From Candidatus Poribacteria bacterium (lineage in GTDB: Bacteria; Poribacteria; WGA-4E; JAJDTR01), in assembly GCA_965222225.1 (NCBI GenBank), contig CBDCTK010000002.1, forward strand, positions 1,696,001 to 1,760,000: 64,000 bases of DNA, given 5' to 3'. The position numbers and the translations under genes were made by a program. Below are positions 61,062 through 64,000 of this stretch, in pieces (the stretch's first letter is position 1; each line of letters begins with the position of its first letter). The notes beneath the pieces are model-generated. The model made no database searches, had not been told where the DNA came from, and was given only the letters and a program-made list of their open reading frames with translations.

Positions 61062-61628
61062 CTAATGCCGTTCGACCTCAAGAAATCCAAGTTCGACAGG
61101 TGTCGCTCTTCCAAAGATTGAAATGACCAGATGCAATCGCTGACGCTCAAAATCAATCGCTTTGATTTCACCACCAAATCCATTAAATGGTCCGTCAATC
61201 ACTTTAACTTGATCGCCAACAACAAAATCCACGGTCGGTACCGGTTCGTCTTTCTCCTCGCCGCTTGACAAATTCAGAACATTCTTGACTTCATCTTCTT
61301 TGAGCGGGGTGGGATTTGAACCTGATGCACCCACAAAACCCATCACTCCGGGCGTTTCCCGAATTATGTACCAACTACGACGGCCACCTTCCTCTTCAAC
61401 CTCAGGTCCCAGTTCATGGCACGACTGGATTAGGATGTATCCCGGATAAGAGGGGCGTTCCTGCACCCGTTTTATTCCATCTTTAACAGAAGCAACTTCC
61501 TTCATCGGGACAATCACTTGCAGAACTTCATCGTGCAGTTCCAGCGCGGACACTCGCTGTTCAAGGTTCATTTTCACCTTCTTCTCATGTCCCGAGTAAA
61601 TATGAATAATATACCAGTAGCCGTCCAT
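61062..61628 (-). CDS. nusG: Transcription termination/antitermination factor NusG
   Basis: WY....SGHE, YPGYI, TPGV.GF, KOW motif, IFGR.TPVEL. Confidence 0.97.
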   Translation of the reverse strand: MDGYWYIIHIYSGHEKKVKMNLEQRVSALELHDEVLQVIVPMKEVASVKDGIKRVQERPSYPGYILIQSCHELGPEVEEEGGRRSWYIIRETPGVMGFVGASGSNPTPLKEDEVKNVLNLSSGEEKDEPVPTVDFVVGDQVKVIDGPFNGFGGEIKAIDFERQRLHLVISIFGRATPVELGFLEVERH

Positions 61629-61659
61629 AAAATTTGAGATTTTAGCTTGAATGCAGAAA

Positions 61660-62031
61660 TTATCGAATGAATAGACTACGCAGCAGCGACATCCCGAAAC
61701 CCTCAAGAGAATAATCGAAAACATATTCGAAAATCAGCACAACAGCCAACGGGACTATGGAAATCAGGAGCGCCGTCCGCCAGCGCTGTAGTATGGCTCT
61801 CGAAATAAGGAAGACGGCGATAGTCAACAAGACTATCACAACCGCCCCGTGTAAGGATCCCCAATTCGGATATGTGGTATTGCCGTCAACTAGCCACAAA
61901 AACAGTCCCAAACACGCACATGCGACGAGCACCACGAGCGTGTTGCTTTGTACCTCTTTACGATTCGGCTTTGATACTTTTTGCCACTCAAGCTGTGTTT
62001 CTTGGATGTATTTCTTGATTTGCGCTATCAT
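61660..62031 (-). CDS. secE: Preprotein translocase SecE with C-terminal extension
   Basis: E..KV..P.R.E motif followed by a TM; position between tRNA-Trp and nusG. Confidence 0.85.
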   Translation of the reverse strand: MIAQIKKYIQETQLEWQKVSKPNRKEVQSNTLVVLVACACLGLFLWLVDGNTTYPNWGSLHGAVVIVLLTIAVFLISRAILQRWRTALLISIVPLAVVLIFEYVFDYSLEGFGMSLLRSLFIR

Positions 62032-62053
62032 CGTGTAGTTTCAATCAAACATG

Positions 62054-62127
62054 CAGGCCAGGAGGGATTCGAACCCCCAACATTCGGTTTTGGAGACCGA
62101 CGCTCTAGCCGTTCGAGCTACTGGCCT
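62054..62127 (-). tRNA. tRNA-Trp (CCA)
   Basis: AGGCCAGTAGCTC...TCGGT-CTCCAAA-ACCGA...GGTTCGAATCC...CTGGCCTG cloverleaf. Confidence 0.96.
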
Positions 62128-62262
62128 TCAAGGTCGGTAAGTTAAATTGCAACGCAAAATGATTCTTGTCATTATGCTTTACTGCTCAGGTGGATTCCCA
62201 AAACGTAGGAGAAAACACGCGATAGAATCTAGTCTGCGTCAAAATTTGGGTGCCGAAATAAA

Positions 62263-62415
62263 TCATGCGGCTTCCTTGTGAAGCGTATGCTTTCGGCAAA
62301 ACCGGCAGAATTTCTTTAAGGCGTGTCGCGCCTGTTGAGTTCTCCGATTACGTGTCGTCACATAATTACGCCGTTTACATTCGTCACAAGCTAACGTTGC
62401 TATATCTCTAGGCAT
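62263..62415 (-). CDS. rpmG: 50S ribosomal protein L33, zinc-binding (C+) form; not in ORF track
   Basis: [25 protein letters not shown]...[17 protein letters not shown], 50 aa. Confidence 0.96.
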   Translation of the reverse strand: MPRDIATLACDECKRRNYVTTRNRRTQQARHALKKFCRFCRKHTLHKEAA

Positions 62416-62478
62416 AGTCGTTTCTCACGGAATTTGGTTTTGTCAGTATTCAGTATTAGGAATAACACTGGCAGGCAA

Positions 62479-62551
<73 letters not shown>

Positions 62552-62923
62552 TTCCGAAACTGAACCAAAGGGGATTGTACCACAAACGATACTCTATCTG
62601 CAAACCGTTTTTGTAAGTAGATTCCGGAGATCCAAGTTTGTACGCGAGGACATTTATCTTGCGTAACCGAGGCGTGTCAATTCGCCTTAAGCATTAAACC
62701 GAGTAGCATGGCTTCTAACAACGTCGGCACATCCGGATTTCAAATCTAGCAATGTCTCGCAACGGATGGTTCACGCCACCATCCGAGTAGCATCTATGAT
62801 ACGATTTCCGTCATTCAAATCGCAGGGAAAAGAAAAAGCCCGTACAGAGATGAGCTGTAATAAAAACATGATTAGTGAATCCCAATGCAACCAACATTCC
62901 AACCGCCACTTTGTCATTTGATA

Positions 62924-64000
62924 CTATTTGCCGATGACCATCTTTCGCATTGCACTAAACTCTTTGGTCTCGATTGAGTAGAAGTATACTCCGCTTGTAA
63001 CCAATTCTCCAGCATCGTTCCGCCCATCCCAGTGGGCGGCTTGAGAGTATTCGACATATCTTCCCGCATGACGGTGACCGATTTCAAGACGCCTTACCGG
63101 CTGCCCAAGAACGTTATAAATGAGTATCGTCACTTCTGCCGAGTTGGCAAGATCATACGGAATCCACGTTTCCGGGTTGAAAGGATTTGGATAATTTGGC
63201 AGTAACATCGATTCAGACGGAATTTCTCCACTGGTTGCGAGCCATTGACGCAATAATTTTGCGGGAAGAAGCATCTGCGGATCTGTGTCGGATAGATTCT
63301 CCAGTTCAGTCAGCGCGATACGCCTGCGCATACCGGCATCTCGGTCCGTTAATCTCATGCTTAGGTGCTGTGTTGCTCCGAAATTCTTAGAATTCAGTGC
63401 AACGAGCGGTGGCGCCGCCGCGACGGTGGCTTCACCGAAATGACTGGCAACGAGCACGAGGTCAAAAATATTGACAGTTCCGTTTCCGTCAATATCTCCG
63501 GAAAGTCCTTGCGCTGTCTGACCAAATTGGGATGCAACGCCTACCAAGTCGAAAATATTAACCGCTCCGTTCTTGTCCAAATCCCACGGCGGGTAGTCTA
63601 TATAGGTGAACTGAATTGATGCCGATCGGCTATCGGGATTCGTAGCAATGACCTCAACAACGCCCCTAGATCCCGGGGGAACAGTAACAGAAAGTTCCGT
63701 ATCTGACGCAAGAACGACATTGTTAGCCTCAATTCCACCAAATGTGACGGCTACACCCTCATGGAAATTTTCACCTATGATTTGAACAGTTGTCCCACCC
63801 GACGCCAGCGCATTATCCGGAATTACGTTAGTCAAACTTAGTTCCGGGATAATCTGGAGACTAATGTTTACAACCCCAGTTTGTCCCGCATCGTCAAAGT
63901 CGCCTTGGACAACTGTATATGTTTCTTCCGCAACAACCTTCCCTTCTTGTTTAACGCTAACCTTGATTTCATCACCTACGTCGGCTACGCTTCCACCGCG
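62924..64000 (-). CDS. Secreted modular protein (partial): IPT/TIG + dockerin-like repeats + FlgD/T9SS-like C-terminal domain
   Basis: Frame open to window edge; GGT.V.I.G.NF...V.FGG; D.D.NG.VNIFDLV x2; NYPNPFNPETWIPY, WDGRN..GE...SGVYFY. Confidence 0.82.
   Translation of the reverse strand, partial: RGGSVADVGDEIKVSVKQEGKVVAEETYTVVQGDFDDAGQTGVVNISLQIIPELSLTNVIPDNALASGGTTVQIIGENFHEGVAVTFGGIEANNVVLASDTELSVTVPPGSRGVVEVIATNPDSRSASIQFTYIDYPPWDLDKNGAVNIFDLVGVASQFGQTAQGLSGDIDGNGTVNIFDLVLVASHFGEATVAAAPPLVALNSKNFGATQHLSMRLTDRDAGMRRRIALTELENLSDTDPQMLLPAKLLRQWLATSGEIPSESMLLPNYPNPFNPETWIPYDLANSAEVTILIYNVLGQPVRRLEIGHRHAGRYVEYSQAAHWDGRNDAGELVTSGVYFYSIETKEFSAMRKMVIGK

Overview
Chromosomal window from a Gram-negative bacterium. 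The dockerin-like plus NYPNPFNPETWIPY C-terminal protein and the GTAG-type palindromes suggest Candidatus Poribacteria or a relative (inference only). Left part: lipid A genes fabZ-lpxA-lpxI interrupted by an intact 800-bp IS1-family element with an 8-bp target duplication, a CysE-like acetyltransferase, pseudogenes of glycogen phosphorylase and a Zn-type dehydrogenase, a DUF62 SAM hydrolase, mqnE-mqnA, a xylonate dehydratase and VanZ. Centre (about 15.0-32.4 kb): a putative defence island with a restriction-like backbone (XRE-HTH/SNF2/DUF3883 helicase-nuclease, DUF1156 methyltransferase, DUF499 ATPase). Nested inside it are two clan AA aspartic proteases around a membrane-anchored repeat coiled-coil, a frameshifted UvrD helicase and an ABC-ATPase/TOPRIM-like nuclease. 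Right part: housekeeping and envelope genes, including an unusual DUF4097-CBM9-POTRA-Omp85 fusion and an 11-heme cytochrome c, then tRNA-Thr, rpmG, tRNA-Trp, secE, nusG, rplKAJL (no tuf or rpoB adjacent) and a partial secreted protein. All domain calls come from motif recognition, not database searches.
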